Below are positions 27,664 through 46,462 of a DNA stretch of 64,000 nucleotides, one piece after another. The stretch lies in the NCBI RefSeq assembly GCF_050920415.1, contig NZ_CP169309.1; one strand, given 5' to 3'. Both the position numbers and the translations under genes were made by a program. The notes beneath the pieces are model-generated. The model was not told the DNA's origin and ran no database searches. It worked only from the letters and a program-made list of their open reading frames with translations. Numbering within the stretch: the first letter of the stretch is position 1; every line of letters begins with the position of its first letter. The stretch is from Escherichia coli. Its GTDB lineage: Bacteria > Pseudomonadota > Gammaproteobacteria > Enterobacterales > Enterobacteriaceae.

Positions 27664-28581
27664 ATGAACTTCAGACGCCTGAAATACTTCGTAAAAATTG
27701 TAGATATTGGTAGCCTGACCCAGGCTGCTGAAGTGTTGCATATCGCGCAACCCGCGCTCAGCCAGCAGGTTGCCACGCTGGAAGGTGAGTTGAATCAACA
27801 ACTTTTGATTCGCACAAAACGGGGCGTTACGCCAACAGACGCCGGAAAAATTCTCTATACCCATGCGCGGGCCATTTTACGTCAGTGTGAGCAGGCCCAA
27901 CTGGCGGTGCATAACGTTGGTCAGGCATTATCGGGGCAAGTCTCGATTGGCTTTGCACCAGGAACAGCGGCCTCATCTATCACCATGCCTTTATTGCAGG
28001 CGGTTCGCGCTGAATTCCCGGAAATTGTTATTTATCTCCATGAAAATAGCGGTGCTGTGCTCAACGAAAAACTGATAAGCCACCAACTCGATATGGCAGT
28101 AATTTATGAGCATTCTCCTGTGGCTGGTGTTTCCAGTCAGGCTTTGCTGAAAGAAGATCTTTTCCTGGTAGGAACGCAAGATTGCCCGGGGCAAAGCGTT
28201 GATGTTAATGCTATTGCGCAAATGAACCTCTTTCTCCCCAGCGATTACAGTGCCGTTAGACTTCGTGTTGATGAGGCTTTTTCCCTACGGCGACTCACGG
28301 CAAAAGTCATTGGTGAAATTGAGTCTATTGCCACGCTTACCGCAGCAATTGCCAGCGGCATGGGCGTTGCAGTATTACCCGAATCGGCCGCGCGTTCGTT
28401 ATGTGGCGCAGTAAACGGATGGATGTCACGCATTACCACACCTTCAATGAGTCTCTCTTTGTCATTAAATTTACCCGCCAGAGCGAACTTATCACCACAG
28501 GCGCAAGCAGTGAAAGAGTTGTTAATGTCAGTGATGAGTTCTCCAGTGATGGAAAAAAGGCAGTGGCAATTGGTGAGCTAA
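27664..28581 (+). CDS. nac: Nitrogen assimilation control LysR regulator.
   Basis: The 305-aa product starts MNFRRLKYFVKIVDIGSLTQAAEVLHIAQPALSQQVATLE. Confidence 0.93.
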   Translation: MNFRRLKYFVKIVDIGSLTQAAEVLHIAQPALSQQVATLEGELNQQLLIRTKRGVTPTDAGKILYTHARAILRQCEQAQLAVHNVGQALSGQVSIGFAPGTAASSITMPLLQAVRAEFPEIVIYLHENSGAVLNEKLISHQLDMAVIYEHSPVAGVSSQALLKEDLFLVGTQDCPGQSVDVNAIAQMNLFLPSDYSAVRLRVDEAFSLRRLTAKVIGEIESIATLTAAIASGMGVAVLPESAARSLCGAVNGWMSRITTPSMSLSLSLNLPARANLSPQAQAVKELLMSVMSSPVMEKRQWQLVS

Positions 28582-28682
28582 GCGTTATATCGGGATGGAA
28601 TAAGATGCGGGTTTTTATTATTTGTTATGCCGGGCATTAAACTTTAACAATAACGTGATATCTGAACTGCCCGGAGTTTACC

Positions 28683-29633
28683 GTGAATTTCCAACAACTA
28701 AAGATAATCCGCGAGGCTGCACGTCAGGATTACAACCTGACAGAGGTTGCGAATATGCTTTTTACCTCACAGTCAGGCGTCAGCCGTCACATTCGGGAAC
28801 TGGAGGATGAACTTGGCATCGAAATATTTGTTCGACGAGGTAAGCGACTGCTGGGCATGACTGAACCGGGCAAAGCATTACTGGTCATTGCAGAACGTAT
28901 TCTGAATGAAGCCAGTAATGTTCGTCGGCTTGCAGACCTGTTTACCAACGATACGTCTGGCGTTCTCACTATTGCAACGACGCATACTCAGGCACGTTAT
29001 AGCTTGCCTGAGGTCATTAAAGCTTTTCGCGAACTTTTCCCGGAGGTTCGGCTGGAGCTAATCCAGGGTACACCACAGGAAATTGCGACGTTGTTGCAAA
29101 ATGGCGAAGCTGATATTGGTATCGCCAGCGAGCGTTTAAGTAATGACCCGCAGCTCGTCGCCTTCCCGTGGTTTCGTTGGCACCATAGTTTGCTTGTTCC
29201 ACTCGATCATCCCTTGACGCAAATTATACCGTTGACGCTGGAATCAATAGCGAAGTGGCCGTTAATCACTTACCGACAGGGGATTACGGGGCGCTCACGT
29301 ATTGATGACGCATTTGTCCGCAAAGGTTTGCTGGCAGATATTGTATTAAGTGCGCAGGATTCTGATGTCATTAAAACCTATGTTGCACTCGGGCTGGGGA
29401 TTGGATTAGTTGCCGAACAATCCAGCGGTGAACAAGAGGAAAAGAATTTAATCCGTCTGGATACGCGGCATCTTTTCGATGCTAATACTGTCTGGTTGGG
29501 ACTCAAGCGAGGACAACTTCAGCGTAACTATGTCTGGCGCTTTCTGGAACTTTGTAATGCAGGACTGTCAGTTGAGGATATCAAGCGCCAGGTGATGGAG
29601 AACAGTGAAGAGGAAATTGATTATCAGATATAG
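28683..29633 (+). CDS. cbl: LysR regulator of sulfonate-sulfur utilisation.
   Basis: The 316-aa product starts MNFQQLKIIREAARQDYNLTEVANMLFTSQSGVSRHIRELE. Confidence 0.93.
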   Translation: MNFQQLKIIREAARQDYNLTEVANMLFTSQSGVSRHIRELEDELGIEIFVRRGKRLLGMTEPGKALLVIAERILNEASNVRRLADLFTNDTSGVLTIATTHTQARYSLPEVIKAFRELFPEVRLELIQGTPQEIATLLQNGEADIGIASERLSNDPQLVAFPWFRWHHSLLVPLDHPLTQIIPLTLESIAKWPLITYRQGITGRSRIDDAFVRKGLLADIVLSAQDSDVIKTYVALGLGIGLVAEQSSGEQEEKNLIRLDTRHLFDANTVWLGLKRGQLQRNYVWRFLELCNAGLSVEDIKRQVMENSEEEIDYQI

Positions 29634-29635
29634 CA

Positions 29636-29664
29636 AAAAGCCCGCTATAAAAGCGGGCTTTTCA
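29636..29664. terminator. cbl terminator.
   Basis: The hairpin aaaaagcccgctataaaagcgggctttt. Confidence 0.55.
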
Positions 29665-29670
29665 GAAATT

Positions 29671-29746
29671 TGGCTCCTCTGACTGGACTCGAACCAGTGA
29701 CATACGGATTAACAGTCCGCCGTTCTACCGACTGAACTACAGAGGA
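29671..29746 (-). tRNA. asnU: tRNA-Asn (GUU).
   Basis: The 76-nt sequence is identical to the other Asn tRNA copies. Confidence 0.93.
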
Positions 29747-29906
29747 ATCGCTGTTGAGGCACATCTTAACGGCGAAAAATCTTTTGTCAAACCCGATTTT
29801 TAAATTTCCCAACTGTTTGCCGTTTCTATCAACAGTTTGTTGCATTTGCAGACAATTTGTTGGCGAAAATCTTTGCAGCTTTGCTGATTCTCCCTCATCA
29901 TTTGAA

Positions 29907-31394
29907 ATGTGGTTTCACTTTTTGCAATTAAGGTCGGCTTTGAATATCTCCTCTGCTTTACGCCAGGTTGTTCACGGCACTCGCTGGCACGCCAAACGCA
30001 AGAGCTACAAGGTGTTGTTCTGGCGCGAGATAACCCCGCTTGCTGTTCCTATCTTCATGGAGAATGCCTGTGTCCTGTTGATGGGTGTTTTGAGTACTTT
30101 TCTGGTCAGCTGGCTGGGAAAAGATGCGATGGCCGGCGTGGGATTGGCGGACAGCTTCAATATGGTCATTATGGCTTTTTTTGCAGCTATCGATCTTGGT
30201 ACTACTGTCGTTGTGGCATTTAGTCTCGGTAAGCGGGATCGACGACGAGCGAGGGTGGCGACGCGGCAGTCATTGGTGATCATGACGTTGTTTGCCGTAC
30301 TGTTGGCAACGCTTATTCATCATTTTGGCGAACAAATTATTGATTTCGTCGCAGGTGATGCCACGACAGAAGTTAAAGCACTGGCGTTGACTTATCTGGA
30401 GCTGACGGTACTCAGTTATCCAGCAGCTGCCATCACTTTGATTGGTAGCGGGGCACTTCGTGGTGCAGGGAATACGAAAATACCGCTACTGATTAACGGT
30501 AGCCTGAATATTCTTAATATTATTATTAGCGGCATATTGATTTACGGCCTTTTCTCCTGGCCGGGACTGGGATTTATCGGGGCTGGGTTGGGGTTAACCA
30601 TTTCTCGTTATATTGGCGCAGTGGCAATTTTGTGGGTGCTGGCGATTGGTTTTAATCCTGCGCTAAGGATTTCGTTAAAGAGCTATTTTAAACCGCTGAA
30701 TTTTAGCATTATCTGGGAAGTCATGGGGATTGGCATTCCTGCGAGTGTCGAATCAGTATTATTTACCAGTGGTCGGTTATTAACCCAAATGTTCGTTGCC
30801 GGGATGGGGACCAGTGTTATTGCCGGGAATTTTATCGCGTTTTCAATTGCGGCTCTTATCAACTTACCCGGAAGTGCGCTCGGCTCTGCTTCTACAATCA
30901 TTACAGGCCGAAGGTTGGGGGTAGGGCAGATAGCGCAAGCAGAGATTCAGTTGCGGCATGTGTTCTGGCTGTCCACTCTTGGATTAACGGCCATCGCCTG
31001 GCTAACGGCTCCCTTTGCTGGGGTTATGGCATCGTTTTACACCCAGGATCCACAGGTTAAACATGTCGTTGTGATTCTGATTTGGCTAAATGCTTTATTT
31101 ATGCCTATTTGGTCTGCCTCATGGGTGCTACCCGCTGGATTTAAGGGGGCTCGCGATGCCCGTTACGCCATGTGGGTTTCTATGTTGAGCATGTGGGGTT
31201 GCCGGGTTGTAGTCGGTTATGTGCTGGGAATCATGCTTGGCTGGGGTGTGGTTGGTGTCTGGATGGGAATGTTTGCCGACTGGGCTGTGCGGGCCGTGCT
31301 GTTTTACTGGCGCATGGTTACTGGACGTTGGCTGTGGAAATACCCTAGACCTGAGCCGCAAAAGTGTGAAAAAAAGCCAGTTGTGTCGGAATAA
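29907..31394 (+). CDS. yeeO: MATE-family efflux transporter.
   Basis: The product starts MWFHFLQLRS...HAKRKSYKVLFWREITPLAVPIFMEN, is about 495 aa and has 12 transmembrane segments. The ORF-track start at 29754 overlaps asnU and is rejected. Confidence 0.85.
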   Translation: MWFHFLQLRSALNISSALRQVVHGTRWHAKRKSYKVLFWREITPLAVPIFMENACVLLMGVLSTFLVSWLGKDAMAGVGLADSFNMVIMAFFAAIDLGTTVVVAFSLGKRDRRRARVATRQSLVIMTLFAVLLATLIHHFGEQIIDFVAGDATTEVKALALTYLELTVLSYPAAAITLIGSGALRGAGNTKIPLLINGSLNILNIIISGILIYGLFSWPGLGFIGAGLGLTISRYIGAVAILWVLAIGFNPALRISLKSYFKPLNFSIIWEVMGIGIPASVESVLFTSGRLLTQMFVAGMGTSVIAGNFIAFSIAALINLPGSALGSASTIITGRRLGVGQIAQAEIQLRHVFWLSTLGLTAIAWLTAPFAGVMASFYTQDPQVKHVVVILIWLNALFMPIWSASWVLPAGFKGARDARYAMWVSMLSMWGCRVVVGYVLGIMLGWGVVGVWMGMFADWAVRAVLFYWRMVTGRWLWKYPRPEPQKCEKKPVVSE

Positions 31395-31494
31395 ACGACA
31401 AAGTGCAGATTATTTCAGCAAACGATTTCAAATTTAAAAAACAGGCTTTGACATTAAGGATGGGCATCGCTAATATTCGCCTCGTTCTCACGAT

Positions 31495-31570
31495 TCCTCT
31501 GTAGTTCAGTCGGTAGAACGGCGGACTGTTAATCCGTATGTCACTGGTTCGAGTCCAGTCAGAGGAGCCA
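31495..31570 (+). tRNA. asnW: tRNA-Asn (GUU), in the opposite orientation to the other three copies.
   Basis: It reads tcctctgtagttcagtcggtagaacggcggactgttaatccgtatgtcactggttcgagtccagtcagaggagcca. Confidence 0.93.
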
Positions 31571-31632
31571 AATTTTAGTTTTGAGACATCTCTATAAGTC
31601 TCAAAACAGTTAAAAAATAAAAATTATTTTTA

Positions 31633-31668
31633 CCCGGTTACTTTGTAAAAAAGTGACCGGGTTTTTTG
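31633..31668 (+). terminator. Rho-independent terminator downstream of asnW.
   Basis: The hairpin cccggttac...gtgaccggg is followed by T6. A second hairpin lies at 31579-31608. Confidence 0.55.
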
Positions 31669-32023
31669 ATTTCTGTGTTTCGTGCGCTTAATCGAGTCTC
31701 ACGCTTCAGTGAGCAAATTGCCCCTCCCCAACAGACATCACGATTCGCAAGGTCAAAAACTCTGTTCCATGAAGTACCGTACAAAGATAAAGAGAAAAAT
31801 GCCTTATGCGGGATGTCGCTATCGCGTCTTTATCGGGAAACTATGCGTAATTGCCACTTTGCCTTCTGTAATCAGAAAAAGAAGAACTGGAATTTTAATA
31901 AATATTATTTCTCTGGGACCGGTATTTTTATAATCAATATGACGAGTTGAATATTATGTTTATTATAAGATTTATATGAAATTAAAGAAATCTGCCATAA
32001 AGACAGATTTCTTTAAAATATAA

Positions 32024-32740
32024 TTAGAGATTTGCGACGTTATGATAAACTTTTTGAACATCGTCGTCATCTTCAAGGGCATCAACAAGCCCTTCAAAGA
32101 TTTCTAAATCTTCTGGGGAAAGCTCAACTTCAGATTGAGCAATCATTTCTAATTCTGTTGTTGAGAACTCAGTGATTCCAGCTGCTTTTAGAGCCGCGAT
32201 TCCTTTATGAAGGTCAGTTGGTTCAGTATAAATAACAATGTTACCTTCTTCTTCGGTCACATCGCGAACATCAACTTCAGCTTCAAGCAAAATTTCAAAA
32301 ATATGGTCCGGGTCTGTCCCTTTAAATACAATCACACCCGTATTGTCAAACATATAGCTGACAGAACCTGCCGCTCCGATATTGCCACCTTTTTTATTGA
32401 AAATTGTGCGAACGTTAGCAATTGTACGGTTAACATTGGAAGTCAATGTCTCGGCGATAATCATTGAGCCATTTGGACCAAAGCCTTCATAACGTCCCTG
32501 CACGAACGTTTCATCTCCGCCGCCTTTGGCTTTATCAATTGCTTTATCAATAACGTGCTTTGGAACTTGTGCCTGCTTCGCACGTTCAATAACGAATTTT
32601 AAAGATGTGTTTAATTCTGGATCGGGTTCACCTTGTTTGGCAGCAGCATAGATTTCTACACCGAATTTTGCATAAATTTTAGACGTTGCACCGTCTTTAG
32701 CCGTTTTTTTAGCAACAATATTGGCCCATTTACGTCCCAC
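32024..32740 (-). CDS. yeeN: YebC/PmpR-family transcriptional regulator.
   Basis: The 238-aa product starts [27 protein letters not shown]. Confidence 0.9.
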
Positions 32741-33081
32741 TGGAATGATCTCCTCGAAAATTTATTTACATTACTGGTAAATCGTTAACATGCGTTAATT
32801 CGACATATTATATCATAACAGGAAAAATCTCGTCTATTAGAAATAAAAATATTCTAAATCCATAATCTTATATTTAATCTCATAAAAACTAATGTTGTTG
32901 GCGGATTTTTTTATAATTGTGTTTTGAAAGCATACTTGCTTTTAATATATGGAAATCATTAAGGCTATAATAAAACTTGTATCCGCCCCAGGAAGCAAAC
33001 AGCCTGCTTTATTGCAGGCTATTTGCTGGATGACTTACTAAATCCTTCACATCTATTCCTGATAAAAAGGAACAGAACTTA

Positions 33082-34536
33082 TTACCGGAACGGCGGTTCA
33101 TTAAAGGTTCGTAATTTACGTGAATGCAGTCGGTCGCCTTCTGCGCGCAGCAAATCGATCGCACGAATGCCAATTTGCAGGTGTTCGGAAATAGCGCCTT
33201 CATAAAAACGGTTAGCCTGACCGGGAAGTTTAATCTCACCATGCAACGGTTTATCTGAAACACACAGTAGTGTCCCGTATGGCACGCGGAAACGATATCC
33301 TTGCGCGGCAATAGTTGCACTTTCCATATCAATTGCTACGGCCCGGCTTAAGTTAAAACGAAGTGCAGAAGCTGAGTAACGTAATTCCCAGTTCCTGTCA
33401 TCTGTGGTTACCACAGTGCCAGTACGTAGCCGCTGTTTAACTTCCTCTCCGGGCCTGCCGCTGACTAACTTGGTAGCGTCATAAAGCGCACGTTGCACTT
33501 CAGCAATGCTCGGAATAGGAATATCGGGCGGCAGTACCGCATCAAGAACGTGGTCATCGCGTAAATAAGCGTGTGCAAGTACATAATCTCCAATGGCCTG
33601 GCTTTCACGTAAGCCACCACAGTGACCAATCATCAACCAGACATCCGGGCGCAGCACCGCCAGATGATCGCAGATGGTTTTAGCATTTGACGGTCCCACG
33701 CCAATATTCACCAGAGTAATACCCTGACCATCGGCGGTAATTAAATGCCATGCTGGCATCTGGTGTTTTTTCCATGCAAGGTCGGAAATGGCTTCTTCTG
33801 GCGCTTCGGTTTCGGCGGTGATCCAGTTCCCGCCAGCACAAGAAAGGGCAATGTAGGGACTATCAGGGTCGAGGATCTGGCTGCATCCCCAACGAACGAA
33901 TTCATCCACATAACGTGTGTAGTTGGTAAACAAGACGAACGGCTGAAAATGTTCAACTGGCGTACCGGTATAATGGCGCAACCGCGCGAGGGAGAAATCG
34001 ACGCGGCGCGCATCAAAATGCGATAGCGGGGAGAATTCAGTTGGATGATAAATGCCGTCTGCAGTTTCATCGCCAATTTGCGCCAGTTCTGTTGTCGGGA
34101 AGTAGCGAGTTAACCCAGCGCTCATTGAGCGATCAAGTGTCAATTCAGAGCCATCGATGACATAAGGATAAGGGATTTCATGCTGCGAGGGTTGCACCGA
34201 GATATGCGCACCATAATCCTGATACAGCAACGTAAGTTGTTCATTCAGATACGAACGAAAGAGAGTAGGGCGAGTAATCGTGGTGGTGTAGCTGCCTGCG
34301 TGAGTAAAACGACCAAATGCGCGCGTTTTGGGGGGATTTGTTGTGCTACCGTCCCAGGTTACGGTCAGTGATGGATAGACAAAAAGACCTTCTTTACGGG
34401 CATTTTCATCAGGTAATTCGCCACTTTTAATATAGTTGCCAATGGCATTGCGTAAAGCGACTACAGATTGCTCATACAGCGCGTCGAGTTTTTCCAGTGC
34501 CTGAGCTGGGGTCAGACCGGAGCCCTTATTATTCAT
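33082..34536 (-). CDS. amn: AMP nucleosidase.
   Basis: The product starts MNNKGSGLTPAQALEKLDALYEQSVVALRNAIGNY and is about 484 aa. The ORF-track N-terminal extension is rejected. Confidence 0.92.
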   Translation of the reverse strand: MNNKGSGLTPAQALEKLDALYEQSVVALRNAIGNYIKSGELPDENARKEGLFVYPSLTVTWDGSTTNPPKTRAFGRFTHAGSYTTTITRPTLFRSYLNEQLTLLYQDYGAHISVQPSQHEIPYPYVIDGSELTLDRSMSAGLTRYFPTTELAQIGDETADGIYHPTEFSPLSHFDARRVDFSLARLRHYTGTPVEHFQPFVLFTNYTRYVDEFVRWGCSQILDPDSPYIALSCAGGNWITAETEAPEEAISDLAWKKHQMPAWHLITADGQGITLVNIGVGPSNAKTICDHLAVLRPDVWLMIGHCGGLRESQAIGDYVLAHAYLRDDHVLDAVLPPDIPIPSIAEVQRALYDATKLVSGRPGEEVKQRLRTGTVVTTDDRNWELRYSASALRFNLSRAVAIDMESATIAAQGYRFRVPYGTLLCVSDKPLHGEIKLPGQANRFYEGAISEHLQIGIRAIDLLRAEGDRLHSRKLRTFNEPPFR

Positions 34537-34637
34537 GTGTGTCTCCTGTTCCATACAATTACCGCACTTCCGATAGTATGTCACAGGAATGTGAAACAAA
34601 AGTGTAAGGCGAAGATCGGATGATCTTCGCCTGACTA

Positions 34638-35954
34638 TCAAGCGTGTTGATTGTCTTTCATCAACAAAGCGGTCATTGCGGAAATCAGGCATCCAGCCAG
34701 TAAATAAATGGCGACGCTATGCCAGTTCCCGGCAAAGTAAGTGATAAGTGCAGCGGCAATGAAAGGTGTAAATCCACCGCCAACCACACTGGCAACCTGA
34801 TATCCGACTCCAGCGCCACTATAGCGATAACTGGCACCAAACATTTCGGTAAACATCGGTTGTTGCACGCACACCACCATGTCATGCGCAATGTTTGCCA
34901 GCATTATGGAGAAGAAAACTATCCAGAAAATAGATTGTGCTTCAAGCGCCATAAAGAAAGGAAATGCGCTCAACGTTCCGATTAACGCACCTGTGATATA
35001 AACTCTGCGGCGACCAAAACGATCGGCAAGCCAGGCAAAACAGGGAATTGTCAGACAGCTTAGTCCACCTACCAGCAAACCGATATTAAGGAAAAGTTCG
35101 CGCGGTAACCCCATATTTTGGGTTGAATAGTTAAGCGCAAAGGCGGTAACGATGTACATCGTCAGCAACTCGCACAGTCGTAGCGCAATAATCTTCAGAA
35201 AAGCACCGGGATGTCGTAACAGTGCTTCGATAACCGGGATGCGTTTTTGCGCTGCCGCTTGATTATGTTGCTGTTGTTCAAATTCCGCGGACTCCTCCAT
35301 GCCATTACGCACCCACAATGCTCCCAGCACCAGTACGATGCTAAACAGGAAAGGAATACGCCAGCCCCAGCTTAGAAACTGTTCGTCAGTCGTCATCATA
35401 CTGATCAGTGAAACCAGTCCGGTCGAAAGCAGTAAACCTACTCCGTAGCCAACTTGTACACCGCTACTGTAAAAGGCTTTTTTATTTTTCGGTGCACTTT
35501 CAACGGAAAGTAACGCCGCGCCTCCCCATTCGCCGCCGACGGCAAATCCCTGAATGGCACGCAGTGTCACCAGTAAAATGGGGGCCCACCAACCTATGGT
35601 CGAGAAGGAAGGAAGAATGCCAATCAAGGCTGTCGCGATGCCCATCATCCAGACGGTCAGCATTAACATGCGCTTACGTCCCAGTCGGTCGCCAAAGTGA
35701 CCGAAAATGACACCGCCGAGCGGACGGAACAGGAATCCGACACCAAAGGTGGCAAATGCGGCGAGCGTTCCCATAGCCGGGCTTACTTGCGGGAAAAACT
35801 CGCGATTAAACACCAGTGCGGCGGTAATGCCATAGAGTAAAAAATCATACCAGTCGACGACGGCACCAGCGAAACTGCCTAACGCAGCTCGTCGGGCGCG
35901 ACTTAACGAAAGCGTCCCTTCATCGGGACGAGTGGAGATGAGCGTGGAGTCCAT
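34638..35954 (-). CDS. shiA: Shikimate:H+ symporter (MFS).
   Basis: The 438-aa product starts MDSTLISTRPDEGTLSLSRARRAALGSFAGAVVDWYDF. Confidence 0.92.
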   Translation of the reverse strand: MDSTLISTRPDEGTLSLSRARRAALGSFAGAVVDWYDFLLYGITAALVFNREFFPQVSPAMGTLAAFATFGVGFLFRPLGGVIFGHFGDRLGRKRMLMLTVWMMGIATALIGILPSFSTIGWWAPILLVTLRAIQGFAVGGEWGGAALLSVESAPKNKKAFYSSGVQVGYGVGLLLSTGLVSLISMMTTDEQFLSWGWRIPFLFSIVLVLGALWVRNGMEESAEFEQQQHNQAAAQKRIPVIEALLRHPGAFLKIIALRLCELLTMYIVTAFALNYSTQNMGLPRELFLNIGLLVGGLSCLTIPCFAWLADRFGRRRVYITGALIGTLSAFPFFMALEAQSIFWIVFFSIMLANIAHDMVVCVQQPMFTEMFGASYRYSGAGVGYQVASVVGGGFTPFIAAALITYFAGNWHSVAIYLLAGCLISAMTALLMKDNQHA

Positions 35955-36259
35955 AATGATCCTGTTTGTACTGTCTTTTTATAATTAGTATGGAAAAGGT
36001 AACTCACATTGCCGTCGATCTATAAACGAACCTTATGAGACTACCTCGACAGAGCGCATCTGCAAATGATTTTATGGCTGATTAACGGCAACATGAAAAA
36101 TTCGATGGAAGATGAAATCGCAGGAGTTGCATAAGGATTGAGCAGAGCACCTACAGTTTTGAGATATGAAACATAAAAGTCCGCATATGCACAAAATTGC
36201 ACCCTGATGATTCTGATAGACTGCATTGCATTTTAACCAGTAGGGAGGCGAGGTTAGGT

Positions 36260-37330
36260 ATGTTTTTAGCATCATTGTTGAGACGTATTGCATTTAGTTA
36301 CTACGATTATAAAGCTAATAATTTCAATATTGAAAAAACAGAGTTTGTTGTCATCCATATTCCCGATCAGATTGGCGATGCTATGGCTATCTTTCCAGTG
36401 ATTCGGGCGCTTGAATTGCATAAAATCAAGCATCTTTTAATTGTTACTTCGACAATTAATTTAGAAGTCTTTAATGCGCTCAAACTTGAACATACTAAAT
36501 TAACATTAGTCACAATGACTATGCAGGATCACGCAACATTAAAAGAAATAAAAGATTTAGCGAAGAACATAACACAGCGATACGGTACGCCGGATCTTTG
36601 TATAGAGGCGATGCGTAAAAAGAACCTGAAAACGATGTTATTTATCAGTCAGTTGAAAGCAAAAACGAATTTTCAGGTTGTCGGTTTAACCATGAAGTGC
36701 TATTCCCCTTTGTGTAAGAACGCCTCCCGGATGGATCAACATCTCCGGGCTCCCGTACCCATGACATGGGCGTTTATGATGCGTGAAGCGGGTTTTCCTG
36801 CAGTCAGGCCAATATATGAATTACCATTAAGCGAGCAGGTAATAAATGAAGTACGTGAGGAATTGTGCACTTTAGGATCTTACATTGCGCTTAATTTAGA
36901 TGGCAGCGTGCAGGAACGCACATTTTCGTTATCAGTAGCTGAGAAACTCATCGCCAAAATTCAAAGTGATAATGATATGCCAATAGTCATTGTTCATGGA
37001 CCAAAAGGGGAAGATAAAGCCCGGAAATTAGCGGGTTGTTATAATAATGTCTACCGGCTATCCTTATCACCCTCGATTAAACGTTCAGCAGCAATCATAA
37101 AAGATGCTTATATCGCAATAACCCCTGATACCTCAATATTACATATGGCAAGTGCCTATAATACCCCCGTCGTTGCAATTTATGCTGATTACAAAACGCG
37201 GTGGCCTGCGATGGCAGATATCTCGGAGTCAGTGGTCGTTGGGCAAAAAATTGATCATATAAGTTTGGATGAATTCGGAAAGGCGCTAAAAAGTGCTTTG
37301 GAGAGAGTATGTGTCAGTACTTACGTATAG
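36260..37330 (+). CDS. yeeL: Glycosyltransferase family 9 (heptosyltransferase-like) protein, apparently intact.
   Basis: A GGAGG ribosome-binding site precedes the ATG at 36260. The product starts [18 protein letters not shown], has ITPDTSILHMASAYNTPVVAIY (GT9 C-terminal motif) and is about 356 aa. Confidence 0.75.
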   Translation: MFLASLLRRIAFSYYDYKANNFNIEKTEFVVIHIPDQIGDAMAIFPVIRALELHKIKHLLIVTSTINLEVFNALKLEHTKLTLVTMTMQDHATLKEIKDLAKNITQRYGTPDLCIEAMRKKNLKTMLFISQLKAKTNFQVVGLTMKCYSPLCKNASRMDQHLRAPVPMTWAFMMREAGFPAVRPIYELPLSEQVINEVREELCTLGSYIALNLDGSVQERTFSLSVAEKLIAKIQSDNDMPIVIVHGPKGEDKARKLAGCYNNVYRLSLSPSIKRSAAIIKDAYIAITPDTSILHMASAYNTPVVAIYADYKTRWPAMADISESVVVGQKIDHISLDEFGKALKSALERVCVSTYV

Positions 37331-37706
37331 AGGGTAATGCCGATCTATGCTGAACAGGGGACATTAATACCCTGAGGTTGGTCAATCACCACAAAAAAAG
37401 CCTTTGAATCAAAGCAATACTCACCGAATAATAAGGCAACCTGAACTTAAATCCCCGTTAACTGCCATACATTATTATGACTTGCACTGATGTAATTAGC
37501 TAAACATTATCGTGATTTGACTAAATAGCAAAAATGATAGCTATTAAAAATAGCTCATATACTTTGTTTCCCGCTGCCGTAGAATAGATGGTCCTTCCAT
37601 GTTCAAGCATTTATTCAAAAAAAGGGGGCTCGACTGTCTTCAGATAAACAGAGAGGGATTGTAAAGTCGAGTGCCCCTAATGGAGCACTCTATAAAAAAT
37701 CAACAA

Positions 37707-45695
<7,989 letters not shown>

Positions 45696-46107
45696 GCTTA
45701 CCTTCCCTGAACGAGCTAACATAAATGCGCCCTTTCTAGCACAGCGAAAAAATATAAATCCTGATAGCAATATGATTGAAAATTAATAACTTTTCGTTAA
45801 GCAGTTTTGGGTGTGAGTTGCAAGAGGGGAGACTACTGAATAACTCAGTTTAATAATTGAGGGGGCAATGGTGACGAATATAGGGACGGAGTAGAGAAGA
45901 TAGTGCTGAACTCTTTGCCAGCAGAAGGTTATGTGGCACAAAAATAACCGTAACTTCTCACTCTCGACAGGAAAGCTGTAGACGGCGTCCATAACAAAAC
46001 GCCCCCAACCATAAGGTCGAGGGCGCTTAAGATGACAAACCCGCTCTTCGTTAAAGAATCAATGCTTAATGTAGATGAGTTGCATTGCACGATAAAAGCG
46101 AATTTTT

Positions 46108-46128
46108 AGAATTTGGCTCCTCTGACTG
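46108..46128. repeat. Direct repeat of the tRNA-Asn 3' end, an attR-like island boundary.
   Basis: The sequence gaatttggctcctctgactgg is identical to 54382-54402. It covers 16 nt of the tRNA-Asn 3' end plus 5 flanking nt and then diverges. Confidence 0.7.
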
Positions 46129-46462
46129 GGATCGCCGTAGCCATTAACAGGCTGATTGGTAAAGCTAAAAAAATTTGAGTTTGTCAAGACCACCAGAATG
46201 ACCACCATTTTAAAGTAACATTTGAAGTTTACTCAGTAGCACCTTTAGCTTCACTTACAATCAATTAACCTGTGAAGATAGCTGTACCTACAATCGCAAT
46301 AACTTATTACAGATCCGACGACAAACATCACCTGTTATCCACTCTGGCACTACCGTGCATGATAATCAATAAGTCGGGTGCTGGCTTGCAAGGCAATTGC
46401 GTTGTAATGTACCAAATCCCAGTTCGCCTTCACTCTAAAATGCCCCGACGTTTCGAACGCGT

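Noticed and set aside
31669-32023. Small ORFs (31666-31950 and 31682-31933) in the AT-rich gap between asnW and yeeN. I considered a possible small protein or sRNA.
   Set aside because: There is no ribosome-binding site, no conserved motif and an AT-rich low-complexity sequence. It is more likely the yeeN promoter or UTR region. There is no evidence for a gene.
37623-37680. A long imperfect palindrome, ggggctcgact...agtcgagtgcccc, between yeeL and yeeJ. I considered a possible bidirectional terminator or REP-like element.
   Set aside because: The stem is interrupted, the loop is about 30 nt, and there is no flanking T-run. It could be a weak terminator, but it is not supportable as a defined feature.
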